Positions 17,614 to 29,870 of a DNA stretch of 64,000 bases are shown piece after piece. Both the position numbers and the translations under genes were made by a program. The notes below the pieces were generated by a model, which was not told the origin of the DNA, made no database searches, and saw nothing but the letters and a program-made list of their open reading frames with translations. Location: positions 18,910,001-18,974,000 of the forward strand of contig CM120640.1 in NCBI GenBank assembly GCA_051362555.1. Reading direction: 5' to 3'. Position 1 is the stretch's first letter; every line of letters starts with the position of its first letter. Source of the stretch: Lingula anatina (Eukaryota > Animalia > Brachiopoda).

Positions 17614-20286
17614 ATGGCTTCTGCTGAAGAAATTCAAGATAAAGAAGAAGACTGGCAGAAGAGCGAAGATCCTGTGAACTCATTGTTACTTCAAATAAAA
17701 CAAGAGTATGACAGCCTAGATGTTCCACATCTTCTCCCCCAAATGATAGATGTTATCAATTCAAAATCAGAGACAACATATAGAAGTTCACCTTTAGAAG
17801 AAAAGCATACCACTCTGCTTTCTATGCTGCAAAAATCAAATGGCAATTTAAATTTACTAGAACAGTCTGACAATAACAGTAGCGCTATCTCCTTTGATTC
17901 CCCCAAACAGCCATCAAATGAAGAAAGAGCCAGCATGCATAGCAGTTTACAAAGAATGATTATGGACAAGAGAAAGAAAACTTCAGAATATCATGACACA
18001 AGCCAACAAGATTTTATTCAGAACAAAGAACTAATTGAAACTGGTGACAATTCAGCAGAAAGCCCCTTTTCAAGTTATAAGGAGGACCGAAAAAGAAAAA
18101 TGGGTCATTTGGAGGACTCTTATCCAGAGAAAAAGCAGAACATCAAACTGGAAGAAAACGGCAATGTTGAAAAAACCATATCCAACCCTGAAGCACAACC
18201 AAATCCACAGGTGAATAAATCTGTCAGTAATGGTGGCCAGTGTACCACTTCAACACACCCTCTTCTCAGTGCTGTGTTACTAAGTGCCACCACAACCAAA
18301 AAGTCCCAGCCTTTTTCTCAAAGTCCGAGTTTCACTAACTCATTGAGGATAAGAGAGGCAGAGAGTACACAGAATGTTGGACAACTTGACGCTACCACCC
18401 TGCCTTGGGCATCAACTTTGATGCAGTCAATCGCCTTACAGAAAGGAAACATCCAACCCCAAGGTGCAGACACTGGGTCTGCTAGTGAGCTGCTCCTTAG
18501 GCTGAGTCAGTCTGCTAAGAATGTAAGTCCAGTGCCATCTGCCATGGAGAAATGGAGAAAATTGCTTGATGCCAAAAGAGATCCTCTGAAAGTTAAAACC
18601 CCATTCCCTTCACAAGGTAAACAGAAGAAAAATGCTGCAGGCAGGAGAGTTAAAAAAAAGAGTGCTCCGACACCATCTGCTAAAGCAAAAAGCAAAAAAG
18701 TGAAAACTGTGGCTGACACAGATGAAGAGGATCTCAACTCTGATGACTTTGTGCCTTCTGACAGTGGAAGTGATTGTGCTAGTCCCCATCTTTGGCCAAG
18801 AAAGAAAAATGATAATGAAAATATTGGTCATGTGTTGGCCTCATCACCTAACAGTGCTGTGCAGAGACTCTCTCGCCAAGCCAAAGAAAAAGCCAAAAAA
18901 GTGCTGACACTGGCTGCTTCAGAAGAAAATGAAGATGAGAGTGACGACTTTGTGCCTTCTGACAGTGAAAGTGATCATGTCAGTTCACATCCTGGGTCAG
19001 GAGAGACAAAAGAAAAACACAAAGGTTCAACTTTAAAAAGTCTGTGGAGACAGATAATTCTGCCTAGAGTCATAGAAAGCAAGAGAAGCTCAAATCCGTC
19101 CCAACATACAGTCACTGGAGAATCTGACCAAGTTGGCATTAACAGAATGTCACCAAGTATGAATGGCAGTAGTGATAACCAAGGCACAGAAGTAAACACG
19201 CAGTCAGAAGACTGGTGTCAGTTCCAGATCAAATGCGAACCAGTTGACGATGAAACAGAAAGCCCATCATTAAACCAGGAGCATTCTGAGTCAGTAGGAG
19301 CTGGTCCTTTTGTGGGAGAAATCAGCCAGCCCAAATATAATTCAAATTTTATTAATGGTGGACTGTTAAGTCACCCCACAAAGTCTGGACTGGTTGCTTC
19401 TTATGCTGCAGAGGATTGTGTCAACCGTGTGTCACTCTTGAGTTCAGAGCAGAATCAAATCATGGTGTCAAACCTGGAGAAAGACAACGCTATTCACAGG
19501 CCAATAATTGACACTAATAATATCTCAGAGGTGGAGGTTAAGGAGGAAACTGCCGACTCGACCACTGCTGACATGGAGACAGATAATGCGCATATATCAG
19601 CCCAGAGGGAGTCTTTGCAGCCAAGGTCTTCCTTAGAAACTGTATTACATGGAAGTGATACAGGGAACAGAGATCAACATATCTTTAACTTGCCTTCAGT
19701 TGAAATATCAGGAAACTATAGATGGAGCAATACATTGCTCAATGCAGAAAATGTGACAGGTGGACAACCTGAAAGTTTGTCAACTAACAGTTGTAGTTTT
19801 GAAAAAATGGCATTGTTGGACCTGTATCCTTTTGAGTGTCCTGCACTGAAAGCATCAGATGTTATGCACATTCAATTCTACTCGGCAAAACAAATCCAGG
19901 CAGCCCTTGAGAAAGCACACTCTGTGCCGGCATCATCCAAAAAGATTATGGACTTCATGCAGCTTAGGAAAGAGTACACTCAGCTGACCAACAAAGAGCT
20001 CCCAATATGTTCAGTGCATCAAGATTTGTTCATTCAGCATGGGGTGTTTACATGTGTCATCTGTATGCAAGCACAATACAACAAAGATGACTTCATCAAT
20101 CGCACTCTTACAAATTTTGAGCTTGACCATTCTAGATTTGTTGTTCAGATGTCCCCATACAAGAAAATCATTTCTTTGCATGCAAACTCCCCTATTTGCA
20201 AATTTTGCTTCAGTCTCATCATGAACAAGGCAACAATACCATTAATTCATACAGATGACTTACTGTGGTGCACTCAGTTTTTGTAA
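17614..20286 (+). CDS. Uncharacterised 890-aa single-coding-exon protein, largely disordered, with C-terminal Cys/His cluster; probably nuclear
   Basis: 2.67-kb uninterrupted ORF in AT-rich DNA; acceptor ttttcctgatag and Kozak ACCATGG at the start; AATAAA at 20614 and 20630; basic NLS-like tract, SUMO-consensus sites, CxxH/CxxC/CxxC at the C-terminus. Confidence 0.85.
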   Translation: MASAEEIQDKEEDWQKSEDPVNSLLLQIKQEYDSLDVPHLLPQMIDVINSKSETTYRSSPLEEKHTTLLSMLQKSNGNLNLLEQSDNNSSAISFDSPKQPSNEERASMHSSLQRMIMDKRKKTSEYHDTSQQDFIQNKELIETGDNSAESPFSSYKEDRKRKMGHLEDSYPEKKQNIKLEENGNVEKTISNPEAQPNPQVNKSVSNGGQCTTSTHPLLSAVLLSATTTKKSQPFSQSPSFTNSLRIREAESTQNVGQLDATTLPWASTLMQSIALQKGNIQPQGADTGSASELLLRLSQSAKNVSPVPSAMEKWRKLLDAKRDPLKVKTPFPSQGKQKKNAAGRRVKKKSAPTPSAKAKSKKVKTVADTDEEDLNSDDFVPSDSGSDCASPHLWPRKKNDNENIGHVLASSPNSAVQRLSRQAKEKAKKVLTLAASEENEDESDDFVPSDSESDHVSSHPGSGETKEKHKGSTLKSLWRQIILPRVIESKRSSNPSQHTVTGESDQVGINRMSPSMNGSSDNQGTEVNTQSEDWCQFQIKCEPVDDETESPSLNQEHSESVGAGPFVGEISQPKYNSNFINGGLLSHPTKSGLVASYAAEDCVNRVSLLSSEQNQIMVSNLEKDNAIHRPIIDTNNISEVEVKEETADSTTADMETDNAHISAQRESLQPRSSLETVLHGSDTGNRDQHIFNLPSVEISGNYRWSNTLLNAENVTGGQPESLSTNSCSFEKMALLDLYPFECPALKASDVMHIQFYSAKQIQAALEKAHSVPASSKKIMDFMQLRKEYTQLTNKELPICSVHQDLFIQHGVFTCVICMQAQYNKDDFINRTLTNFELDHSRFVVQMSPYKKIISLHANSPICKFCFSLIMNKATIPLIHTDDLLWCTQFL

Positions 20287-21727
20287 TCTAGAGGATCCCG
20301 ATAAATGATACAGAATTATTTTTGACAAATTATTAGTGGCTGTTTCACAAGGCTATATATAATATTTGAATATTTATGATATTTGCCACATATAATGATT
20401 GGATATTAATTATACTTGAATATACATAAAACATTTTATCGAACTCGCTGTCATTTCAAAAACTGTAACAGGGATCATGCTTGTAATTAAAATACTGTTG
20501 ATAACATCACATTTATTTATTTATTTATTTTTAATTTTTTACTTTGGGGATGGTCTTTAAATATATTTTGTGCATGCATTCTATTTGATGATGCATGGTG
20601 CCCTCCTTTTAACAATAAATAGATAAATGAATAAAAAGAGTGAAAAAACAAAATAGTGCTATATTGATTGGAGACTTTGTATTCTTTGTATTCTTTAGGA
20701 AAAAGTTAAATTCAAGCAAAAAAAAAAAAAAAAAAACTTACCTATAAATTACTATGTACCAACTTTCTTTGTCTGGAAAGTTCAATATTAAAAAAAGGGA
20801 AATGTGTGATTTAGCCAGTTGTGATCTTGTTTTTTATGTCTTATTTTATTGTGTATTCTTCAACTTTTTTTAATCCTAAAAAAATTATATTTGGTCTCAA
20901 TTGTGCAGCAGTTTTTTCTCGTCACACTGTGTGCAGTTCATGAGAAAGAAAAGAATTGATGGATAAAGAATGACTTTATCAAGGGAAATGCAGCCAATAT
21001 TAAAAATTACTGTATTAAATGTTCCCTTAGACAAGACTCCCATTAAAACCAAACAATCAACCTTTAGTCAACTAAGTTCTGAAATGAATTTGCTTTATTT
21101 TCAAAAAATATTATCATGATTTGCATTAAAAAAATATAAAAAACAATTTTCTCCCATGCTGTACCTCCTGTTATGAGAAAAGTGAGTATATATATATAAG
21201 TAACTTAATCAAGTAATGAATGATTTCCCCATAAGGACATGTTTGATGGACATATCTGTTATACAATTATGACCACTCTTTGTCACCAATCCCAAATTAC
21301 CAATAACATTATTATTCCTCATTCATACAAAGTTAAACAACACAGAGTATTGGTTGTTTTTTCAAAATGTTAGGAAATCCATGAAAAATAGCCATTTGCC
21401 TTTTAGGAATATGAAAAAAAAATTCTTCTGTGCTGTCCCTTTTGCTTGTGTGTATTTGTGGATGAGAGAAATGAATGCACATATAATGCTTTTAAGCAAT
21501 TAATTGCTGTATTTGATTTAAGTAGCAGAATTTCTTACTTCTTTGTGACTTAAAATGTAAATAGTGAGTTAAGTATTCATGATTTCTCTTCATTTTATCT
21601 ATTTGATAAAACAAAATGGCTATATAAATGACATTCTCTCAGTTATTGCCACTGTTATGTTAGATTGATCCAAATATTCCCTTTTGTAATCAATTTAATT
21701 AAATACTGAATCTGCTTTTTTGCAGGA

Positions 21728-23966
21728 ATGAAGAAGCATCTTATCATCAATGCTGATGACTTTGGTTACTGTGAGGAGAGGAACAAGGGCATTGTAGAAT
21801 GTTACAAGGCAGGGGCTGTTACAAGTACGACCTTGATGGTCAGTGGTCAAGCTGCCCAACAAGCTGCTGAACTTATCTTTGAGTACAATATACCTGTTGG
21901 TAAGTGAAAGTGGAGGTAATGTAGGATATTTAAAACAACTCCACAGTGCAGAGACCAGTCAAATTAGTGAAAAACTGGTTCATTTGCTTTTTCTACATAG
22001 TTTTCATGGTTTTAAGTTGAAAAAAATATATAATAACAAGGAATAGAAAACAGCACAAAATTTCTAACAACTCATGTCGACCAAAATAGATTGTTTATAT
22101 AACAGAATCCACAATTTCTGATTAAAATTGAAATCAACCAATGTTATGCTCTCCATACATATATGTGCCTTTCAAGAAATGACCTAGAACGTATAGAGAC
22201 AAACAAAGATAATGAGTCTGTTTTATGATGCTATGATACCATAGTTCACTGATATTTAAACAGCAGACTTTGGTATAATTTGACTACAACTTAATGTTTA
22301 TACTTCACTGATATTTTTACATAAAAGTTTGGTTTTATTTTACTCTAATCTTAACATATAACTTTTTGGCAGGTTTACACTTCAACATGACTGAGGGGCA
22401 GCCAGTTTGCCAGTCACTTCAGACCAGTGGCTGCACATTCACTGATGCAAATGGCATGATGTTAGGAAAGATGGGCTTCAGAGAAGCTTTACAAGCACAG
22501 AAAGTGGATATGAAAGAGGTCAATGTCATTCAGTATTTTTTTTTCAGTTAAATTATGTAATTTATTTTTGTGATTTGAGAGCTTACATCTTTTTTATTGG
22601 AAAAATGCTATACTTGGTATAATCCTTATGGCTTCTGATCCTGGATTGTATCAAATAGATATAAAGCAATGCTTTTAATTGGAAGGTAGAATTATGTGTG
22701 ATCTGGATGATACACACATGCACACACACACACACACATGCAGAATTATTATTTAATTTCAATTGGAATTTTTTTACTGCAGGTGAAGTTAGAATTAGAA
22801 AGTCAGCTCCAGAAGTTCCAGTCTTTGTGTGGTCATCTTCCACATCATGTAGATGGACATCAGCATGTCCACACCCTGGATGGTAGGTAGCCTTCAGAAC
22901 TTGTTGGCCAGTAGCATGGTTTACACAAGTGCAACTTTTTTTTTTTTGGGGGGGGGGGGGGTGTCCTTGACATACTATCTGGAAAAATGGCAGACCCTCT
23001 ATACAGTGACTTAATGTGACTTGAAAATTATATCAAATTTACTAGTCCAGTATGAACCCCAAATTCTAGTGAAAAATCCTGTTAACATATAATGCTTTAC
23101 ATACAATTTTTAATGTAAGGTTCAGTTATAAAACTGGTAGATATATTTTTTATGTAGACCCAATTAAATCTCTGTGTTTTTGTGACATCTCTGTTAAATA
23201 CCTGGTAAATATAAAAGTGTTCGACTCCTATTATTCAGGAGTGAGGGAAGTGTTTGCTGAAGTCCTATCTAGTCACAAAATTTCATGCACCAGACTTCCA
23301 GTGGAGGATCTCTCTGCACCCTGGCTTCCCAGTGACTGGAAACAATTCTTCACTTCAGTTGTGAACAGTGCAGTAGAAACCAAGGAATTGTTTTATCAGA
23401 GTGGAATCAGGTGAGGATTTTTGTGAGAAACAGACAGTTTTTAAAGTGAGCCTGAAGCCAGACTCTTTGAAAAAGGTTTAAATGACTCTCCGTTTCATTA
23501 AAATTTGGTATACAAATTATTAATGGAATAAATAAATAGAGAAAGTTATTTTAGGTTGATATATTTAACAAAAGATGTGACCCTTACGGCAAATTCTTTT
23601 TTCCATTCATAGTCTTATCCTTTCAGCTTTCACAACTGATTTATTTCAATTGTCAGGTCAACTGATCATTTCCTGGGCATGACCACCATGGGCAATGAAA
23701 TAACTGAGGAACGAATCCAGAGTGCACTGAAAGCAATTTTTTCACCAGATAATAACATTAATAACGATAAATCTTTGGTGTCATGTGAACTAATGGTCCA
23801 CCCTGGGTATCCAAATTTAGACCCCCAAGGTGGCTTTGGGCAAGGACCAGATGACTTTGCTAAGTCAGCAGACAGATTGCATGAAGTTCAAGTTCTGACA
23901 AGTCCAGCCATGAGACAGTTCTATGAAGAGCAAGGTATAGAACTGATCTCATTTCAAGATTTGTGA
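21728..23966 (+). CDS. YDJC: YdjC/ChbG-family carbohydrate deacetylase, 299 aa
   Basis: Exons 21728-21899 (LIINADDFG, VTSTTLMV), 22373-22518 (GLHFNMTEG), 22783-22882 (HVDGHQHVH), 23239-23410, 23657-23966 (ELMVHPGY, GPDDF...R..E); 900 nt in frame. Confidence 0.95.
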
Positions 23967-25260
23967 GAAAAAGGCATGAAGTTAAAGTAAACAGAGATGC
24001 AGTAGTATTGTCATAATTTTCCAGGGAACACAAAAAAACTGATCTCATTTACTTTGAAGGAAACTATTGTAATTTGCCAATAGTATACAATACCTGTATC
24101 AATGTTTTTTTTTTTTTATGAAATAGTCTAGTTTTGAAATCAGTGGAACTCTGTTATCATTATGTCATTTTCAGAATAATCAGACATACAGAAAAAGTAA
24201 AGGTGTATATTTTAACATTTTATTGTGATTGTGGCAAAGACATACACCACTATTCATTGTTTTTTTAATGTAAATTTACTTTAATATAAGTTTTGTGATA
24301 CGTGTAGAGAATATTTCATTTCAAAGTTATTTAAAACAGGATACTGAAACACACTGATACACAGGTCATGTAGTGTAATCAGCAACTTTCCTTGTGAAGA
24401 CTTTCATCAGTTCTGCTAGGTCCATGGAAATGAAAAAACACTGTCATTATTAACCTCCCCCTCTCCCCATTCAACCCATACCTGGTGATCCTGGTGAAGG
24501 TCTCCAATAAAAAATGGGTCTCTTGAGAAAAATAAGATACAGATGAGAAATAAAAAAAATAGAAAAAAAAATAGCTGTTATTATTCCCCACCATAGCCTG
24601 CAACATACATCTCCTTCTAGTCTCACTTGTTACCTTGCAAAGACTTCCGCCTGAGAGATATTCATTTGTCGGTTGATTTGTAGGGATGACCAACTTCGGA
24701 GCTTTGACAAAATAATCGTACAGAGATACCAATTGATTTACGTGCAAGTTTCTATTTTCATATGCAACTAAATTTGTCTAATTTTATGTTTTCGATTTCT
24801 GTCAGTTCATAAGCCTTTCTACAACTTGTTTATAATTTATATGCTCATTATTGCAATATATTTTGTTTGTAAAATGAACGTTTTCATATTTAAAGAGCTG
24901 TTTAAACCTCTCCCAAAATTGCCTTAAGTGCTTTTTTCGTGAGTATCCTCAATGTTAAGGTAGGTGAACGGTGCAGTATTACTCGTAATATACCCAGTTT
25001 TCAATTTTATTTAATAGGTGTTAGCAGACCAAAGTGATTATATGTACAGAAAAAGTACTGTTAGCTTCCATTAGATTATTGTTGTTACCGTTATAGAAAA
25101 TAATTTTCAGAAAAAAAAATAAAAACAAGGTTTCATAATTTACAGTACGAATGTTTTTTATCTCTCGTAGGAAAAGCGCGTTTAGGTTAGACTGATATTA
25201 TAACTAAATATTTTAAATTACAATGCGTCACTTTCTGCCGACTATGTGAGTTTCGTTTAA

Positions 25261-25474
25261 GACCCCATTCCCAGAGATTAGATCGATCCAACTAGATCGA
25301 CCAAACTCCTTGGGGGTTCACGCTAAATAGCTGTCAGCCGAGCGGGCACGAAAGTTAATCATCCCCTTACAGCTTATAGTAGGCGGGACGGACATTTAAA
25401 CCGGATTATCTGACAGTAATCTAGTGGGACTCCTCACGGGGATAGATCGATCTAAAATCTATGGGAATGCGCCC
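25261..25474 (-). mobile_element. PIF/Harbinger-like MITE, copy 3
   Basis: TAA on both sides; TIR GACCCCATTCCCA / TGGGAATGCGCCC; reverse complement of copy 1. Confidence 0.8.
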
Positions 25475-26089
25475 TAAGACATTTTGGTTTAACTGGTCGA
25501 GCCTCTCATTTAACATCATGAGCAAATGTAGACCTATTTCCCAGATTTCCCGACAGGAATATTTGCGTTTTAACGAACACTAGTTTCATAGCAGTGCAGG
25601 CACCGCGTCCTGTAAATAATTTCATATACGAACATTGTTTTCTGTGTCCTGTACTTTTGTTTACTGGGTAAATTCTCAACATCTGTTTTATTATTGAAAT
25701 ACTACTTATATTACAATATTTTGCTTTGGCACGTATATATATTTAAAAAATGGGCCAATGCATTCTAAAAATGCAACAAAAATACACAAGAAGGAAAAAT
25801 TAGAAGGTAGTGGGAAGCAATTAACCTATAACCCATGATATCAATACTCTGTTATGTACTTGTATCTGTCATGCATATAGCCCCACTTTATGTAGATTTT
25901 CAAAATGTTGACATTCAATATGGATAATATGAGGTACTTGCAATACTTTTGTTATGTGAATACTGCCCACGACTTCATGTTATATTAAAACCGATTTACA
26001 CTTGTTAACGTCTGTAAATAATATAAGTTTATAGAGATAGCTGCTTGATAATAAATGTTGAAAGTGAAGTGTCAGTCGGCAGAAGTCTC

Positions 26090-26620
26090 CTAGCCATCGC
26101 TGGCTTCGTTGTAAAAGGCCAGAATGTCCGCCAAATCGGAGTCGGATTCACTGGTTTCATTGTGTACGCTTCTGCTGCGTTCATTCAGAAGTGTTAAAAC
26201 TAACTCATCGTTGGCCATAACTTCCTAATGAGACAAAATAATAATGATAATAATAAATTGAAGAATAAAAGAAAAGAATATAATTAGCTAAAGTAAAATA
26301 CAGAATTCAAATATGTTATACCAACAGTGCATCTGGTGTTCTGCAGTAAACATTTGTAAGCTATGAATTTTGTGTCCGTCACGTACAATTTCGTTGCCAT
26401 TTCGCTGTTTTTATTGATGTAAATATACTTAAATCGGTCCAGGTTTATCTCATTTGCCATTCATTTGGCCAATTAATTTTGTTTGGAGCTGCATTTATGC
26501 GAAAAAAAAAAAAAAAAGAGTTCAAGCGACCCTTTACCTGAGCAATGCTCAAGATGGGAGAAGTGACCAAGTCGGCTGGAAAGTCATTTACGTAATAGTC
26601 GAATAGCCAACTGCAGCAAA

Positions 26621-26659
<39 letters not shown>

Positions 26660-29600
26660 AAAGAATAGAATAAAACAAAATAATAAATAAGATTAACTGA
26701 TCAAATTTTCAAAATTAGCAAGAAATAATTGATGCGTATTAGAAAGTTTGGCTCATGATAAAGAAGCTTTCATGAATGTTTGAGTGAAAAAAATTATCAA
26801 TGATTCTTACTCATGATATAAGATATCATCAATATTGTCCAGTCTTTGGTCCAAGTTACTGAAAAAAAGGGAAAACGCATTTAGATATTTACATGGCGTA
26901 TAGAAATCTTTAGACATTTTAAAAAGACTAAATGTGAACATTATTCACATTTATGTCAAACAGAACGATGCATAAACTGGGTTTAAAATATGTAAGGTTT
27001 TTCACAGTTATAAACCAACATTCAAACATATACATCACATAAGATTACTAATAGTCACAATAACGTATTACACACCAAACAAGACCGTCAATAAGGTCCC
27101 TGAAGACATAATCCGTATCTGTGTAGATGATGGTTCCATGCAAGATTTTCCGAGTGGCTTCACGCTTGCTGGGAACTTCAATCCACAGAGGGTGTCTGAA
27201 TAGATCGAGTAGACTTATTAGAAATCGTCTTTCTAGTAGATATTCATTGATATGCATTATTCTGATAGGTATGGAATGCAAAATGCTCCATTTCTATAAT
27301 TATGCAATTTTCCTTCAAATGAAAAACTATATTATAACTACCTGTTAAGTTTACTCGCAGTAATAGCGGAGGTTAGTGTGTATTTGGTCCAGTAGTCTTT
27401 CAAAATATTTGATATTGACACCAAAATGGCAACCAGTTTCTGAATCATGGTAACTTCGAACGTCCCCTTCTTACCTGCCTTCGAGTAACTCAAACAACAT
27501 GACACCAAGAGCATAGAAATCTACTTTCCAGGAGGCGGAGGTGCCAGTCAGGACTTCAGGGGTCAGGTTTTTAAGGAGGGTGAAGTTCACCAATCCCGGT
27601 CCCCAAATACTTTTCCCATCCTCGGTCAATGGGTGAGCCGACCCCAGATCACACTGAAAAACATAAATATTCGTAAATGAATGAAAAAAAAGGAGAGAAC
27701 AAAAGAGAGTATATAGCGTAGACAAGATCTAACGTTTAAGCCTAAGAAAACTGAATAACAAGTTCTGTCGGTCATAATCTCCATTTCATGTGCTATGCTA
27801 CGGACGTAAAAATCCAGTTAGATCGAAAAGCTAATTATTATTTAACATATTATCTGATATCGATAAAAGATAAGATAAGGGTTTATTTAGCCAATAAAAT
27901 TTATCGGAGAGATATCAAAATAGAAATAAAATGATATCTAGCATTTTTTCAGATTCAAACTTTTTTCGAACAAAGATGTTGCCAGCGAACAGCTCACCAG
28001 TTTGGGGATCCCTTGCTGACTGATCAAGACATTGGTGCATTTTAAGTCGAAATGTGCCATTTTCAGTTGGTGTAAATGGTCAATTGCCTTACAGACGCAC
28101 GTGGCAATAAATTGCACCATCCGGAGAGGAACTGCGTCGCTAAAAAAAGAATTAAAGTAACTCTATTATTAACTTCTCTAGTCAAAAATATGGAAAATTG
28201 CGTTTATTCTGGGGATTATATAAATCATATGGATATCTTTGCCATTAAAAAAAAGGAGACTAGAGAATATGAAAGTAATCTGCGCATTTGCAAAAAGAAA
28301 AAAAACTTACAAATTTCTTTCGCAGTATTCTTGTAGGGCCTCCAGGTCCATTGGACATATTTCCGAAATCAAGACCGTTAGCTCTGGCCTGACACCAAAA
28401 GAATGGACAAGCCTGGAACCAAATGTTTTCACAAATTTAAACATCTTTCTTCAATTTCTTTTACGCCAGCTGAGTCTCTGTCTCAACTGACACTCTTATT
28501 TTTTGTTATATGATTTTAGAACCTCGCATGAACTGTTTATCATCTTAAGACATCTGAAGATATGTATCAACATTTTAAAATATAACATATATTTAACAAA
28601 GGTTACTACCGTGTAAATGAATTAAAATTTTCAAATGGGTTACAAATATATACAACAGTTCAAATACCCCAAAATAAAGTCGCTGTGCGCCAGCTTCATA
28701 ACGATCACTTCTTCTCGGATATGGTAGCTGTATTCCATGCATTTTGGCACCTTCATAGCCAGGTTGTTTCTTAACTAAATAAAGAATATTTGGAATGTTT
28801 TAAAAGTGGGATATACTTGCTTGAACGCTGCTTTGTGCTTTAGTATCTGATATAGTAAAATAATTTTTATTCCATTTATCGGCAAGGTAGACAGTGAACC
28901 TTAAATAACGAAATTATATGATTTCGGTCTATAAACTAATTTTTCGATCTCTTAATTTTTATTCTTGTCGTTGATATATATGTATATCAGCCTCCATCAC
29001 GAGAGTGACTCAAATAATAGCTTAAAACTAAAGAAGGGGTTTATTGGTCTTGATTCTGGAGATGGTTTTTAGATATGGTATTCCTTCGCAATTAAGCGAA
29101 AGTGTTATAATTCTGGAAACATTGTGTGCCCAAAGTTCCTTGTGCTGTTACTATGAACATAACTGTTTCTACAATAACTATGGCCATTACTCCAAGTAAT
29201 ATTATTCTACTGTTGTCGCTCCTGCCATTACCCAAACATAACTTTTGTTAACCTCACAATACCTTGAACACTGTGCCGAATCCTCCGCGTCCTAAGATCG
29301 GAAGCATCGTGTCATCCTGTTGGAAAAGAGCTTCGACCTGGATTTTATTTAAAAGATATTCAATCGTTATCCATACTTCTGAAATTCGAAACTATTTTTT
29401 ATTTTCCTTTGATTACCTTTAAGGTTGAAGTGTAGGCCTATATCACATTGCATGTAAATCAGTTCCACTTTGCAATTATGCAAATATAATTTTGTTTAAT
29501 GTCAGCAAAATGCTGGTAAAAAGAGAACTCTAACATAATATTTTTACAAAGTTTCATACAAACCGAGCTTGTGACTCTCCCTTTTTACTCCTTTTAAAAC

Positions 29601-29700
29601 AGCAACTCACCTCGTATTCTAGTTCAAATGTTTCTTTGTGAAAAATAAAGTTGTAGATGCATTTCATGCCTAAAAAGGCCATTTGCGACGTAATTATCAT
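26090..29700 (-). CDS. Divergent Ser/Thr protein kinase (AGC-like layout), about 356 aa, 10 exons
   Basis: Exons 29700-29611, 29337-29263 (LGRGGFGTVFK), 28774-28668 (LAMK, helix-C EE), 28412-28311, 28139-27998 (HFDLKCTN), 27653-27475 (CDLG, TPE, DFYALGVMLFELLEG), 27195-27076, 26858-26811 (DQRL), 26610-26538, 26224-26090. All GT-AG, 1071 nt in frame. Start codon choice uncertain. Confidence 0.88.
26618..26659. repeat. (AAAT)n microsatellite in kinase intron
   Basis: About ten AAAT units directly before the exon 9 acceptor. Confidence 0.9.
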
Positions 29701-29759
29701 TTTTGCTTTGTTTTAGTAAAACAAAAATCTCTGCATTTTTTTTCGCCTGCGCTGCAGTG

Positions 29760-29870
29760 TGTCTGCGATAGATTTTGCGTTACTACGCAACGACGGCAGG
29801 GGTCAATGACGTCACAATTTGTTTTACCTTAAAAGGATTTTTTTTTTCACGTGATTCACACATGCACGTA
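29760..29870 (-). promoter_or_regulatory. Candidate kinase proximal promoter
   Basis: Perfect CRE TGACGTCA (29807-29814) and palindromic E-box TCACGTGA (29847-29854) within 160 bp of the ATG. Confidence 0.5.

Noticed and set aside
17691-20224. Antisense and alternate-frame ORFs overlapping the 890-aa ORF
   Set aside because: Short shadows of a long coding exon with no motifs or splice support.
28420-28553. Longer kinase exon 4 starting at the acceptor near 28553, implying a pseudogene
   Set aside because: All frames hit stops; the nearer acceptor at 28412 gives a clean in-frame subdomain IV-V.
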